A stretch of DNA of 63,037 bases, filler included, from Nemertoderma westbladi (Eukaryota; Animalia; Xenacoelomorpha): assembly GCA_032718475.1 (NCBI GenBank). It is 3 parts of 3 records of this genome, joined end to end, with 100 filler letters (N's around TTAATTAATTAA, not from the genome) between each part and the next. Parts side by side here need not be neighbours in the genome. Positions count along the whole stretch, not along the records: positions 1 to 20,745 come from JAUCBJ010000085.1; 2 more parts are not named here. One strand, written 5' to 3'. Shown piece by piece: positions 1 through 11,934 of the stretch (positions within the stretch are counted from its first letter, which is position 1; the number at the start of each line of letters is the position of its first letter). Below the pieces are notes generated by a model, which was given only the letters and a program-made list of their open reading frames with translations, had not been told where the DNA came from and ran no database searches. The translations under genes were made by a program, and so were the position numbers.

Positions 1-997
1 CTCCCACAAAACGCTGATAGTCTGACAGATAGATATCAATGGCATCCTTCTTATGCGGTTTCTCTGCCGTCGCTTCACTTTCCACTTGGGAAAAAGTAGC
101 ATCTGTTGATTCTCCATGGGTTGAGCGCTCCTCCAACTGAGCTTTCCACTGAGCTGCTCCTTGAACCTGGCGACTCACCCTTTGAAACCAAGTCTTTACG
201 GCAACTTGCAACGACGTGTCTTGCTTTCGTTTAGAAGCCTCTTCAAAGGCTGATAAGATTAGCCTAATCTGCAGAACTCTTTCTCTAACTTGATAAAGCA
301 GCGATCCCTGCTCTTGAGGTCCTGGAGGTTGTTGAAACAGTTGTCTCTCTACTCGCTCCATAGAGCTGAAGAATCCCTGGGCGTATCCGGCTGCGGACCT
401 CTTCCATACAGCTGGATCGATGGTTTCCTTGGCTACTCCCATCCGGTGTATGTCTTCCCAGGCAGCTTCTGATAAATCAAACGGGAGTCCGGGTCCGGGG
501 AAGTTCCATTGCGACTCGACAATAGACTTCAGTTCTTCACTAGTTTAGCCTGCGTAGCTATCTCTAGTTGTCCGTTGACTCCTCGCCCAATCGATCTGGT
601 GTTCTTCCACCGTGATCAATAACCCAGCGAGCACGGCTGCAGGAAGGATGAGAAGGGGATCCGTATAAACCGCATCCGTCATCTCTGCTCCGCTCTCGGG
701 TGTCAGCTCTACAGTATCCTCACTACTGGAGCTGCTGGGCCGCTGAGGAATAAGTTCTTGACTAGCGGGTTGTTGCTGTTCCGCTGCCTTTTGGTCCCGC
801 TTGACCTGAGCTCGAGTGCCTATGATAGACCTACGATGTTGGACCAGCCTAGGTTCTGTTATTACTACTGGAGGGATGACCTTCCTCACAGTGGGAGGTG
901 AACTGGATTTACGACCAGACAGTTGTACGTCTCTATCTGAGTCGCAGATAGTTACATCTAATAAACTGTCTGACAGGTTCTGCTTAGTATCAGACAT
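1..997 (-). pseudogene. ORF1/gag-like reading frame of an unclassified element, one in-frame stop, runs off the window edge
   Basis: ORF 997-545 (MSDTKQ...SYAG) ends at TAA 547-545, but the same frame continues with no further stop to position 1 (TSEELKSIVESQWNFPGPGLPFDLSEAAWEDIHR...IYLSDYQRFVG). GC is higher than the flanks. The gag-like call is inferred from context only. Confidence 0.55.
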
Positions 998-3900
998 GAC
1001 TATGTATACCGTTGAATGTCTACTGCTGTATTACAGTCTGAGTAAGTCTAGTAACTCAGTATTACCTGCTAGCCTAGTAATTAATTACCGGTACTGCTAC
1101 TCAGTGTAGCGTGATATATATAATATATTAGAATACCGGTATACTTATAGTATATATAACTATATAAGTATTATTACAGACTAGGTTTATCACAGAATAC
1201 CGGTATAATTTTAGCACAAATGTATATAAATATATAATAGGCCTATCGGAATACCGGTATACAGCTTACAGTTTGTAGGATATATAATTCTGAAATAGAA
1301 TTAATTACAAGTACCGGTATAATTTCAGCCTAGATTTATAGAAATAAAGATAATAGGCCTATCGTAAATACCGGTATATCAATTATTTCAAATAATTGAA
1401 TTTCTGTTACTTTAGGGTTACTTGGTTACTTTACTTACTTTATTACCGTTATTTGAGCAGTAATCCAACTGATATTGAGACCTAATGGTTGTATGTTAGG
1501 CCTACGATTTATAAATCGTTAGATCTGATTTATAATATATATATACCCGTTTTAATGGGTTTTGTCAATGTTTGAAATAAATGTTATTATTTCTGGGGAG
1601 TAATCACTACACAAAGCGGTGCGCTTTCAGTGAAGTGTTACGTACAGGACACTAAAACAAATAATACTAATTTACCTAAGTTACTTAATACTACAAATTA
1701 CGTACAATTTGGGTTGAGATTACAATCTCTAAATAAACACAAAATTTTACAAAAACACAAATACGAATTTTTAGGGTAATTTTACAAGAAGTCTACAAAC
1801 CAGCCTAACAAAGGGTTAGAAAACTGATTATTACAGCGGACAGGGTACTACGGTATTTGAAATAATAAGTAGTAGTAAATACACTGCGTTGTCTATATAG
1901 GAAAATGCCACCGCCTGACGACCTATAGCCGTATCGCTATAGGTTCTACGTTATGTATCACGGAGTGTCCCTACCTAGAAGTTAATAGAGCTAATCGAAT
2001 GTGCCTATCAACCACTTTACAACACAGATATAATGCCTACAATAATTACTTCGGAAAGTACTGTACACTAAACCCTAAATTAGGTACGAGTACTTGTATA
2101 ACAGATAATCAGTAATTAAATATACTTGAACAGCTAAAAGAACCACGGCATCTGCTGGAGTGACCGATGCACAAAATCACCAGTCTTTACCTACGCCGAG
2201 CAGCCCGTGTAGTACCGAGGTTAATTTAACTATAACGGTATGTATAACAAACACAATTACTGTAGGAACAAACTTGGGGACTTGAATGTTGCGAATAATC
2301 GCATAAACTCTGAATAATAAATATTACGCTACGCGTACAAACTACTCAAACAAAATACAGACCGAACACTGACAGACTACTATCAAGCCTAAACAAACTA
2401 CGTTATATGCAGACTCCGAAATGATTAGGGAGTATGCGCTCTAACCCAGTAGTGCGACTTATTCTTTAGTTGGGGGTTTACCTTACAGCGTTCGCTGCCC
2501 CGACTGCCTAATCGTACTTAATCGGACAGATGATCTACACACGCGGCAATCCGTTCAGACCTAATAACAGCCAGACAACTATCCAGCCTACAAATTATCT
2601 AAATAAATTATACGCTACCCGTACAGACTTACACAAACAAAGTACAGACTAAACGATGGCAGACTACTCTCAAGCCTAAATAAACTACAGGACATGCAGA
2701 CTCCGAAATGATTAGGGAGTATGCGCTCTAACCCAGTAGTGCGACTTATTCTTTAGTTGGGGGTTTACCTTACCGCATTGGCTGCCCCTACTTCCTAACC
2801 GTACTTAATCGGACAAGTGCTCTACACACACTGCAATTCGTTCGGACTTAACAGCAATCAGACAACAGCTCAGCCTACAAATTGTCTGTACAATCTGATC
2901 AGATTTACACGCCTTCTGTTCAATACTGGCCTACAAACAAATAAAACTGACAGAAATAGGCCTAAGTAAAATCCCAATAAAAACCAGGCGTCCCCGATTA
3001 ATTATTAAGACCTACCGGCATATATAATCAAATCGAATAATACTGCTGTACTTATACGGAAGTAGGTACCGGTCCGGATGATCAGGCAGTCAGGCCTACT
3101 GGTTACCGGTCGACCGGTACTTTCGACTTTATTGCTTACTGCAATAAAGAAGCTATATCCTTTAATGTTCGCGCTTTCAGACCTTTGGCAGTTTAACCCA
3201 CCAAATTAAGATGTCTTCTAGATATTAAATCTGTTTTTTAGTCTATGACAAGTATTTGATTCACTACACTAGTCGAAACCAATCCGTGCGCGACCATTCA
3301 CCCGCTGGATATTCCCGGGAGATTGGGTTCGACGGTTTAATTTTATTGCTATGTAAGCCTAATGTATTATTCGACTGACAGTACTATATAATCTCTGACA
3401 ATATTATTCACCTTCGGTAACATTAACAGTTCCTTTAGGACGTGGCGCTTTATCTATATAAACAGAGTTATGACTTAAACTACTCACAACGATATGGCTT
3501 AATTATAATTCACATATATGGCGCATTCTTTAGGAATTGCTTCTTTAACAGACTCACTCATACACAATGCGGCACAATACTGCACACTAATCTGCCAATC
3601 TTCACTGATTTTAGTCACATATAAAAGGAACACAGGCTGACTCATGTAGGGTCTATCAAATAACATTAGATTCACTTCAAACCACTTTAACATAAGTCAC
3701 AATCGTTATTGGTAACCTTTCTCTCTTACCTTCGGTATATCAAGAATATTGGGTTGCGGGGTTATTTATCGTTATTCCAAATATAATAATTCATCAACCA
3801 TATTATGAAGAACTGACAGCAAATAGCAGTATAAAACAACAAGTCAGTACCGGTATGTCAGGTAGTTGCGTACTGCAGTCCGCAGTGAGATATTTACAGA

Positions 3901-4335
3901 GTGATATTTAGCAGTTTGTTTGCAGTTTGTTTGTTAAAGGATATATGCCCTTTATAATTAAACCTACCAGTGTACGACTAAAAAACAGTACAGCACAAAA
4001 TACTTCCAAGCCGTTCTTTCTTTGGCTCAAGACTGAATGTAAACACTGCACATAGGCATTGCGTCATTTCTCGGAAATTTTCTGTACAAGGAGCCACAAA
4101 AACGCTCTCATTGGCTGACTGAACTGAGAGACGCCGTAGAACAAAGGAAATCAACACGTATGAATGTCAGCTGTTAACCGTAGTCATAGTAACTACTGTT
4201 CAAGAGTAGCTATCACCCTTTTGCGTCACGAATTGCCATAGAATCATAAAATATGCCTTTCACAGTACACATACGGAGGAAATAGGTCTTAGATCCTCTA
4301 AAAACACCGATACAACAATAATACGGTCTCTTACA
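998..4335 (-). mobile_element. Long non-coding leader / putative 5' LTR of a probable retroelement (copy 1)
   Basis: About 1385-4030 aligns co-linearly with 49290-51970. Minus strand shows TGTAAGA at 4335 (LTR-like start), a CCAAT box near 4112, an Inr-like TCAGTC near 4035 and a strong donor AG|GTAAGA near 3729. No PBS recognised. Confidence 0.55.
2315..2890. repeat. Two ~288-bp direct tandem units inside the leader
   Basis: gactccgaaatgattagggagtatgcgctctaacccagtagtgcgacttattctttagttgggggtttacctta occurs at ~2412 and ~2699. Confidence 0.9.
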
Positions 4336-4806
4336 CTTATTAAATCAACTACAGAGTATTTTAATGTAAAAGATAATAAAAATAACGGGGCAATTCAGCA
4401 AAGGCTTTTACAGATATTGATATATAAATATAAATATTATATATTATTATGTTATTATTATATTATAATATTTAATTTAATATTATAATTATATTATTAT
4501 GATATAAATATTAGATATTTATTTAATAAAACTAATTAATGATATTGTAAGTTGTTCAGAAATGGACAGTTCGTATACAAAATTTTTTGACGTTTGACAA
4601 AATTTTTACACTGCCTAATACTAGGCAAGGCAGTGTATCCACTACGTTGTAATATTAATAATTAAGAAATTAAGCATAACAAAGGGACACCGGTGCTAAT
4701 AAACATAATAAAGAAATATTAAAGATTGATTCGGTGTCCTTGAAATCCTTTTAAAGGTGAGTTTTGTTTACCTGTTGTACTGAATTTCACATAAAATCTC
4801 TTCAGC

Positions 4807-4894
4807 CATGGCCTACTTAAATATTTAATTATTTAATAATTAATATACTGTATATAATAATTAAATATTTAATTTAATATTTAAGTAGGCCATG
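4807..4894. mobile_element. 88-bp palindromic MITE, P-superfamily-like termini
   Basis: TIR catggcctacttaaatatt / aatatttaagtaggccatg, flanked by direct repeat cttcagc (4800-4806, 4895-4901). Confidence 0.75.
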
Positions 4895-5462
4895 CTTCAG
4901 CCCTCATAGATGAAATGATCCATTCGTATCCCAGACATTCTTCACATTGGTCGTGATTTTATATTATTATTACAAAGCTTGCGTTGCAAGTATTCCAAAT
5001 ATGTAACAATGTCTGAATTTTGTAGAGAAACAGCTGAGATATAGACGTTATTTTTAAAGATTGCAAAGATTATCGTTGCTGGAATGTAACAGGCCAGTGT
5101 AAACTTAATTAATTCCTCATTAAATCGCCGCATTATTAAAATAAATATGTAAAACAACCCTATTGATGTTTCCCTAGAAATAATATATTCTAGAATTATT
5201 GTTATTCCAGTAAGCTTATTTTGTATGAAATGCTTCTGCTCTGCAGTTGTACATTACAACAGCTACCGGTTAAACAAATACGTATTGAACGTTAGTTTAA
5301 TAATTATTTAAAGGAATTTCATTATTATTGCAGCTACAGTATACATAATAAACAGTACCTTACATAATATCCAGCTGAATTGAATAATACTGTACGTACC
5401 GTACAGACATAGCATCTATAGTAACCCGTTGAAGCAGTGATCATATCTACCGACCTACCAGA

Positions 5463-5514
5463 ATGAATGTTCAAGTTGCTTTTATCGTCTATCTGTTAAT
5501 GGATCTTCTGATAT
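5463..5514 (+). CDS. Signal-peptide exon of an Ig-like domain protein
   Basis: ATG, MNVQVAFIVYLLMDLLI, then T|GTAAGT (phase 1). Joins in frame to the 10078 exon giving ...LLI-Y-PVIA. Confidence 0.65.
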
Positions 5515-6279
5515 GTAAGTTTTTTTCATTATAAATCTACACAATATCTATACGACTATCTTTAAATGTCAGATTTTCTGCATTCGTAGATGAATCTTTA
5601 AGGCCGATTAAATAGGAAATGCGCTATTTAGACAAAACATGGTCATTAACATTTCTTGTTTGAGTTTTGAAATTTGAAATTTTGAGGAAATTTGGTCATC
5701 AAGAACAATTTATTTTTATCCAATTTTCTAGAAATAGTTTTATAATTTAATCTTACTAACATGTAGGCCTACTGTATACATTAATTAAACCAACCAACAT
5801 ACAGTACTAATCTGGCAAACAAATAAAGTATACGTCTAAACCAATCAATACATTACTGTATGTATACTGTTCACACACTAATAATAAATAATGTCCAGTG
5901 ACATAATAATAAACCAGGAATAATAATTGTGATGTAGGTAGGCCTACTTTACTCTAATATGAGTTAGACTAGAAGTTTACTGCTGTTGCTCAAAGGCAGG
6001 CGGCGAACTGCCGCTTTTAACCATTTTCGAAATTTATAAATCTTTCATTTGAACCCCGGGGAGAATCATTTGAACACTGCAGCCTTAATCATTTGTAACA
6101 TAATTATTGGCTAAATTGGAATTAAATTGCATAAACTATGTAATTTAAAATTAATCAAACCAATAGGAATCCCTTCAAGCAATAAATTAACTTTTCTAGA
6201 CCAGTTTTTCCTGCACAACACGAATATGAACTCCATTTTTCCGCCCCAATAGTTATAAGATAGTTATAAGAGGTTTTAA

Positions 6280-6475
6280 ATAGAGGCGGCACCCTGTCGC
6301 CCTGTGAGTCAGGATAGTAAAGGCGGCACTATGCCGCCCTGGCGGTTAGGTTATAATTATATAAAGGCGGCACACTGCTGCCCTGGGGATCAGGATAATA
6401 TTATATATAATATGTAAAGGTGACACTTTGCTGCCATGGGGGTTAAGTTATAATTACAGTATTTAAAGGCGGCAT
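6280..6475. repeat. Degenerate ~40-60-bp tandem units with ggcggca...tgccgcc hairpin (likely transposon subterminal repeats)
   Basis: aaaggcggcac...gccctgg...agg recurs about 5 times; related motif at ~5995. Confidence 0.5.
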
Positions 6476-6651
6476 TATGAGCATTGTCATGAATTATGAA
6501 CGCGAGTACGTGTCATGACAATACGTGTGATGAACTCGTACCGTGTTGGTACGCAAAGTGTTAAAGGCAAATAGGTCTATGATACAGTTGCTGAAGTTAG
6601 TAACGTTGTAGCAGGACGATCTAGCTGGTTTTCTGCTCTTGTATCTTGGCC

Positions 6652-6868
6652 AGTACAAAACGAAGACCAAGGACGTACAAAACTAAGAGGTAAAGTAGCG
6701 TTAGGTCCCAAAGAGCCTTAGGTCTCATTGGCATTTAAAGGAGCAGGTTAGTAAAGGAGCAGGTTACATAGTCATAGTTGGGGGAACCAAAACAATAAAC
6801 GAAAGTTATCACATGTGTTTCGTACAGGTCTTAAGTCTTTTGGGTCTTGTGTATTTGTTTTGTACTCA
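6652..6868. mobile_element. Small MITE
   Basis: Inverted ends agtacaaaac / gttttgtact with aagacc / ggtctt subterminal repeats. Confidence 0.5.
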
Positions 6869-7224
6869 CCCTTTTGTATTTATTATTGTATGCTTGTAGC
6901 AAATTATTATTGCCAATCTGCTCTCCAGTTCTATGTACTAATACCGTTGTGGACACCCAAGAGTCTATAGATCGGATTAAAGACCAAGTTCATTTTGCAA
7001 ATTTTTTGACAATAATGCATTAGGTGCTACGAGATGGGGGAGGCATGATTATACGAGATAGGGTGTTAAAAGATTGGATGTGACGATATGGAATAAAACG
7101 AAATATTACAATAATCCTTTTCTTCTATTTCGTGGAGCAATGATTCAAATTTCTAATGCCCTGCTGCTGTACATTCAATATAGAAGAAATGTAGAATTCA
7201 CAGCTCTGAACACGTACATTTGTT

Positions 7225-7392
7225 GGGTGAATTCTTATCCCGCGAGTATTCTTAGCCCGCGATTTAGTAAAGGAGCAGGTTAGCAAAGGAGCAGGTTTCA
7301 GAGGAGTATTGGGGGAACCAAAACAATAAACGTTATTGTTTCGCGGGCTAAGAATACCCACGGGCAAAGAATACTCGCATGCTAAGAATTCC
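7225..7392. mobile_element. Small MITE with iterated inverted repeats
   Basis: gaattcttatcccgcgagtattcttagcccgcg versus cgcgggctaagaatac...gctaagaattc. Confidence 0.65.
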
Positions 7393-7550
7393 TGAGAGAC
7401 CGTACATTTACAAAGAAATTGAGCCTGGAAATTGCTTTATCGACCACCTTATAATAAAAATATAATAAGAATAATTTCCCATTCATCATTCATATAATTT
7501 GTTTATCAACTTATACAAATAAAAATTAGTGATATTCGATGTTTCATTAA

Positions 7551-8913
7551 CCCTATTAGTACCGGGCTATAAAATGTTGTACAAATACCAGGGGGGGGGG
7601 GGGGTCATATTGACCCCCCCCCCCCCCCCCCTCCCCCATAATACATTGGAAAATATTAAAAAATGATATGATTACTATAAATGGCTGTTTAGTCCTCTCT
7701 GCGTAGGAAAAAAATGAAAAAAACAAGTAACCAGCACTTTTCAGTTAGAACACAAAATTTTTAATTCACTTATACGATGCTATAAATTCACATTTTCAGG
7801 TTTTCGAGGGCGCTGATTCTAATGGAATACATTTCTAATATGCCAGATCATTGCTACTTGTATTTTTCGGCGTAATTTGGCAAATTTTGGTGCTAGCACC
7901 AAATTTCGTGCCCATCACCAAAAAGTACAAGTTTGCGATGTCCAGTGCTGTTTTTATTGATTCCATCGGATTCAGGACCTTCATAAACCCGTATAACGCA
8001 AGAAACAAGGTGATACTATCTAGTTATCAATTTGCATATTTTCCAAAATTTGGTGCTGGCACAACAATTTTCACCCACCGGCGAAAAATACAAGTTTGGG
8101 AACTCGAGAAAATGAAATTTTTACTGATTCCATTGAATTCAAAACCATCACAAACCCGTATAACGCAAGAAACAAGGTGACACAATCAATTGATATATTT
8201 GATGGTTTTCAAAATTTGGTGCTAGCACCACATTTTGCACCCACATCCGAAAAATACAAGTTTGAGATGTCTAGTTCGATAATTGTATTTTCCATTGAAT
8301 TCAGAACAGCCATAAACCTCTCAAACGCAAGAAATAAATTGTCACAAGCAATTTTATCTGTTGAACAGATTTTCAAAATTTCGTGCTAGCACCAAAATTT
8401 GCACACAGCACCGAAAAATACAAGTTTGATACGCTTGGTGCAACTCGTATATATTTCATCGAATCCAGAAACACAAAAAACCCCAATTGCGTAAAAAACA
8501 AGTTTCAAACGATCAATTTACAAAATTGACTTATTTCAAAATTTGGTGCTGGCACCAAAATTTGGCACCCGCCGAAAAAAACAAGTTTGAAATTTCTAAG
8601 GCAATTTATATGAATTCCATCAAATTTCTAACACCAAAAAACCGGTGTAAATCAAAAATAGAGATGTTAATTCATATTTAATGATATGTAATTTTCAAAA
8701 AACGTCTCAAAAAAAGTGCCAAAAGTATGGTTAAAAATGGTGCTATAACTCGAAAAGTACCCAATATTTTTGAAAACGGTTTTCACTACTAGGAAGACAA
8801 TAGATTTTTAGGAAAAGTCATAAAATTTCAGATTCCCAACTGCGTTTGTTTCAGAATTATAATAAAAAAACCACGGGGGATCATATTGACCCCCCCCCCC
8901 GGGTTTAATAGGG
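7551..8913. mobile_element. Non-autonomous piggyBac-like element
   Basis: TTAA|CCCTATTA ... TAATAGGG|TTAA. Subterminal palindrome gggg(g/a)tcatattgaccccc at both ends. No transposase ORF. Confidence 0.85.
7870..8700. repeat. About 5 diverged ~167-bp tandem units inside the piggyBac-like element
   Basis: aaatttggtgct(a/g)gcaccaaa...aaaaatacaagtttg recurs at ~7880, 8045, 8210, 8380 and 8540. Confidence 0.85.
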
Positions 8914-9099
8914 TTAAAAGCACTATAATATAACATCGCGATCTTAAATATTCAATTTGTTATTCCCCTAAATCATACAAGATCTATGATGTTTCCGGAC
9001 ACCAAGTTGTGCCTACAATCAAAGCAACTCAATATCAATAAATAACCAAAGACGAAAAAGCAATATCACACTCCCTCACATTACCCTCACATTATACAC

Positions 9100-9745
9100 C
9101 ACACCCCCTAGTGGTAGCACAGGAATTGATGTCACCACAATTTTTTTCAGAAATGTCAGAATGAATGATTTCATCACATTACGTTATACATATGTAAACA
9201 AAGAATTTGCAAAGTGAAAATCGCGCTGATTGGCCGAAATATAACAAAATATAACACAGTCCCTACGCATAAAGAAACAGCTGGCAAGTTTCGTCATGTC
9301 AGTTCTGGATTTAGACAGACGCATAGTTGCATAAGTTTATACTTCCTCCAACACCTTAGAACAATGTTGGCCTTTTTAGAGTAGTTCACGAATTGCACAA
9401 AAACGACACATTTTTACCCTAATCAACTTAATTAGCTAATTAACTGCTATTATCTTAGCTTCTCGAATGCCATACGGAAATTCAACGTGGAAAATTTCTT
9501 AACTTTTGCCAGACTACATTTGTACCAAGTTTGGATAGATTTCATTAAGATTTGACTGAGTTATTAACATTGAAAATTGAACACAACAGAACGACAGAAC
9601 AACAGTCATACCGATTGAGTTAGTGGTACCTGTGTGCTAAGCTACCTGTACTGTACTACCTGTATGCTAAGCTACCTGTACTACCTGTATGCTAAGCTAC
9701 CTGTGCTACCTACCTGTACCTTACTTTCGTGGCTCGCCCCACATC
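9100..9745 (+). mobile_element. Helitron/Helentron-like non-autonomous element, 3' part
   Basis: ctacatttgtaccaagtttgg, an acaga-rich microsatellite, repeated gtatgctaagct and terminal hairpin gtggctcgccccac. The same motifs occur at 22030-22320 (-), ~23015 and ~53580. Confidence 0.5.
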
Positions 9746-10077
9746 ACAATTATTATTCCTGGTTGATTATTACGTCGCTGGATATTATTTATTATTAGTG
9801 TGTGTACAGTATACATACAGTATTGTATTGATTGGTTTAGACGTAGAGGCCCTATACTTTATTTGTTTGTCAGATTACTACTGTATGTTGGTTGGTTTAA
9901 ATGTAGGCCTATGATATGTTTTTTTTTGACAGGGGAGAATTAATTAAGATAATTTTTATTTTACTTTGATATATATATTTTTGAGTACCTGTACTGCTAA
10001 CTTATATATTTGATAATTTCGTTAATCACATTATGTACTACATTGTTTGCTTCCAAGTTATTTATTTGTACTTCCAG

Positions 10078-10554
10078 ATCCTGTTATTGCTGTGAAGGTA
10101 TACACCAAGTTCGTTTCCAATAGTCCCGAACCGTCGGTATCTAACAACTCAATTGATTATTGCGAAGGAGAAACAGCGAGTTGGAATATTTATTGTATCG
10201 GATATAAATTTGACAATAACCCTGAAAATTCGTGGTCAAAGTTAGTGTTAAAGAAACATCCGGATAAGGTAGACCTCGCTACCACGGTTGTTAACTTAAT
10301 TCAGGGAGTGCTGATCACCGAACATCTAGAGCGCGGTTGTATTCTGAAAGGAACCTACCGTACAGAAGACCCTACAAAGAATCAGCCAATCATTGCTGGA
10401 GAAACAGACCAACCATATTACATTGACTACGAGTTTACTGGCTGCACGAAAGAAGACGCCGGCGAATACGACTGTGAACTAAAAGATAAATTTACAGATG
10501 CCTTTGATCCCTCTAGTAATGGTGCTGTTACTGTCACCTTCAATAGAGATAATT
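10078..10554 (+). CDS. Immunoglobulin-like domain exon (phase 1-1)
   Basis: ttccag| acceptor, |gtgagt donor, 477-nt open frame. B-strand Cys (IYC), Trp (NSWS), F-strand motif EDAGEYDC, G-strand VTVTF. Confidence 0.8.
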
Positions 10555-11023
10555 GTGAGTATCTTACTGTACTTAGTTACAAATTATAAATATAACTATT
10601 GTATATACATTCAGTTCGCCACGCATTTGATCCAGTTCGGTCCAGATTCGTGTAGAGTAATATCACCATGATGGCCTTTTTTTTTATGAAAAGGGTCTTA
10701 TTCAGTATATCGTGCTGCTCGAAGGCTTGTCAAAAATCAGACTAGCTCTTACGCTTTGGCAAACAACTTGAGTTTGAGAAAGAAATGAGAAAACTGCTTG
10801 CAGATTTGAAATCTCCGTTACATTAACAATTGACAATTTCCAAAATAGGGGGGGGGGGGGTGCTAAAACTTTGCCCCCCTTTAAAATAGCTACTATTCGC
10901 TGCGAATTTTCGGGTTTAACTTTACCCTTCAATTAAAGAAAAATAATGTTATATATTATAGAGAAATTTAAACAGGACTTAGGATGATCCAACTCTATAG
11001 CAAATGGAGCGGAAAAAATGAAT

Positions 11024-11048
11024 TTGCCACCAGCGGGGATCGAACCCG
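11024..11048 (-). mobile_element. tRNA-derived SINE head fragment (B box)
   Basis: Minus strand cgggttcgatccccgctggtggcaa; no complete cloverleaf. Confidence 0.4.
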
Positions 11049-11934
11049 AACCCGCGTTCGAAAGTTACATGAATTTGCTTCGGCTGCGGGCCATTTATTC
11101 TGTATTATATTTATGTATTATTTATTTTTATTATAATTATTATTATTTATTATTATAATTAATAATATATATTAATATATATTAATAATATATATTATTA
11201 TTATTAATTATTATATATTAATAATATATATTAATAATATATATTAATAATATATATTAATAATATATATTAATAATATATTATTATTTATTATATATTT
11301 ATTATTATTAATGGTGCGGGTCTGCGGGGGAATGACCTCGCAGACCATTATTAATTCACGGTGCATCATTTTTAATTGTATGTTAAACCTTATTGTCTTA
11401 ATTGTATTGTTCTGATTGGTGGTGGGATGCTGGTGCAGTTTTATATTTAGTTTTATAGCAATTTTATTTCTGATATATTATTATTAATTATTATTATATT
11501 ATTTATATTTATTTGTATTATTTATATATTTATGTATTATATTCATTAATAGATGCAAAAATATTCTGTTTTTTTTGTTTATCATTGTAGCTTGGCAACA
11601 ATGCCATGCCTATATGATAATACTAGTATAAGTATATGGATATTCATACATAGGCAAAATGTTCTAGAACATGATTTATTTATTAAATAGAATAAATTCA
11701 GTGGAAGTTCATCCTAACTCATGCAATTCATGCTAATTCATGCAACTTTCCAATGCTTCTCTGCAATCTCAGCTATTTCCAACCAAATTCAAATATTGTT
11801 ATATATTTGGAATCCTTGCACGGTCAGCTTTCCACTTGTACCAACAAGTCACTATAAGGTTGAAGAATAAATGAGCTGCACCTGTGCATAACTGTACATG
11901 AATACCGATACTACAGTATAATATTCCAGTACAT

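Noticed and set aside
7851-8681. ORFs inside the piggyBac-like element
   Set aside because: They derive from the 167-bp repeats and contain no DDD transposase motifs
11100-11310. AT-only repeat tract
   Set aside because: Ordinary low-complexity (taata)-type sequence
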